Shown here: in pieces, positions 6,693-7,613 of the stretch
Position numbering within the stretch: position 1 is the first letter of the stretch
Layout of the letters: each line of letters begins with the position of its first letter
From: Octopus sinensis
Lineage: Eukaryota
Reading direction: 5' to 3'
DNA length: 7,613 nt
Assembly (NCBI RefSeq): GCF_006345805.1
Contig: NW_021828818.1
Span: 1-7,613 of the forward strand
Made by a program: the position numbers and the translations under genes
The notes under the pieces: generated by a model
What the model was told of the DNA's origin: nothing
Database searches by the model: none
Seen by the model: the letters and a program-made list of their open reading frames with translations, nothing else

Positions 6693-6935
6693 TTACTTGT
6701 TTCAGTCATTGGATTGCGGCCATTCTGGGGCACCGCCTTAAAAGATTTTTGTCGAAAATATCGATCCCAGCACTTATTTTTCTAAAGTCTGGCGAGTATT
6801 CTATAAGCCTCTTTCGTTGACCAGTTCAGTTACAGGGCGTAAACAAACTAACACCTGCTGTGAAACGTTGGCTGAGATAAAGGCAGATACAATGACACAC
6901 ACACATACGCACATAAATACAAATATAAATACGAC
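6693..6935 (-). mobile_element. More diverged 3' module of the same SINE family, in tandem with 6247-6638
   Basis: Plus strand TTACTTGTTTCAGTCATTGGATTGCGGCCATTCTGGGGCACCGCC matches 6248-6292; continues through GTTACAGGGCGTAAAC and a CA/TA tract to TACGAC. Confidence 0.8.
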
Positions 6936-6944
6936 TATCATTCT

Positions 6945-7152
6945 TTCACACCTCATTTTTTCTTCCTTATTTTATATCCTTTCCTCCTCTACCCCTTGCT
7001 TCTCCTTGAACTTCTATCCTAAGAAGAACAATGTCCGAAACGGCAAAACTTTACAACTTTTTTCCTCCTTTGAGCGTCAACCTCTTAACATTAATTGTAA
7101 ACGTCACTTGGACTTCTGTTGGTGTTTCTGTTCTCCGTATTTCATTTCCTTT
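6945..7152 (+). mobile_element. Older Penelope-like terminal relic
   Basis: Pyrimidine tract, hammerhead-like motif, pyrimidine tract, GAGCGTC (7072-7078) and T-rich tail. Parallels the 7340-7613 layout (GGGCGTC). Confidence 0.5.
7019..7044 (+). ncRNA. Degenerate minimal hammerhead-ribozyme-like motif
   Basis: CT-AAGA-A-GAAC-AAT-GTCC-GAAAC-GGC. G5 is missing, stem II pairs 3 of 4, and the cleavage triplet is GGC rather than GUH. Confidence 0.4.
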
Positions 7153-7169
7153 ACACACACACACACACA
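7153..7169. repeat. (CA)n microsatellite
   Basis: Read directly. Confidence 0.93.
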
Positions 7170-7339
7170 TTTAGTTTACGTTGTGCGTACACTTACACAT
7201 ACAACTGCCGCTGTGGAGTTTAGAGCTTCGCGAAGATTATTATCGTCCAGAATTCTTCCAGTATAGTAGTTTAGTTACTTATGTATTTAGTAGTTTTACT
7301 GATTATGGTACACAGAGCAAATACGAGGATTACATAGAG

Positions 7340-7613
7340 AGCCGACAACTGATGAAGAGTTCTTTCACCGTATTTATTTGTCCTGTTTTCCATTTTTTTT
7401 CTTTTTATTTACGTATTTCATGTTATTTGCACAGTTGGTGACATTCTGTACCCATATATGCATGTGATCCCGTGTGTACCGTTGGCGATTTTTCCCTCTG
7501 TCTTCCCTTCGCTGGATCTTTCCTTCTCCTATGTTTCCGACGAAGAGCTCCGCTAGAAACGTAAACCCTCCTTCTTTCCTCTTTCCTGGGCGTCCAATAA
7601 TACTATATTTGTT
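7340..7613 (+). mobile_element. Penelope-like element 3'/pLTR relic running off the window end
   Basis: CTGATGAAGAG at 7349-7359, T-rich linker, hammerhead-like motif at 7537-7563, then GGGCGTC and AATACTATATTTGTT. The 5' boundary is approximate. Confidence 0.65.
7537..7563 (+). ncRNA. Degenerate minimal hammerhead-ribozyme-like motif
   Basis: CCGACGA-A-GAGC-TCC-GCTA-GAAAC-GTA. Core has U4>C and the stem II closing pair is broken (G/A); GTTT (7533-7536) can pair with AAAC (7563-7566) as stem I. Confidence 0.55.

Noticed and set aside
6817-7441. 149-aa and 86-aa + strand ORFs, considered as a PLE RT/GIY-YIG remnant
   Set aside because: No RT or GIY-YIG motifs are visible; they span SINE, CA repeat and pyrimidine tracts.

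Overview
Non-coding, AT-rich eukaryotic DNA packed with microsatellites and transposon relics, with no supportable protein-coding gene. The SINE sequences and the (TA)n/(CA)n/(GA)n density look like an Octopus genome (my recognition, not a database result). Contents: five pieces of one tRNA-headed SINE family that carries an internal microsatellite (one nearly full-length, one tail-only fragment); one older relative of it; a second tRNA-derived SINE; a 68-bp end of a probable hAT-type MITE present twice; two degenerate minisatellites (a 28-unit 16-bp array, possibly bracketed by mariner-like TIRs, and a 5-unit ~38-bp-core array); and several Penelope-like (PLE) terminal relics. The strongest signal is three separate + strand relics (4533, 7019, 7537) with the same minimal hammerhead-ribozyme architecture, each damaged by different mutations. 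An RFX X-box, a YY1-like site and a full CRE sit in unique sequence. All ORFs in the track are rejected as repeat-derived or chance ORFs.
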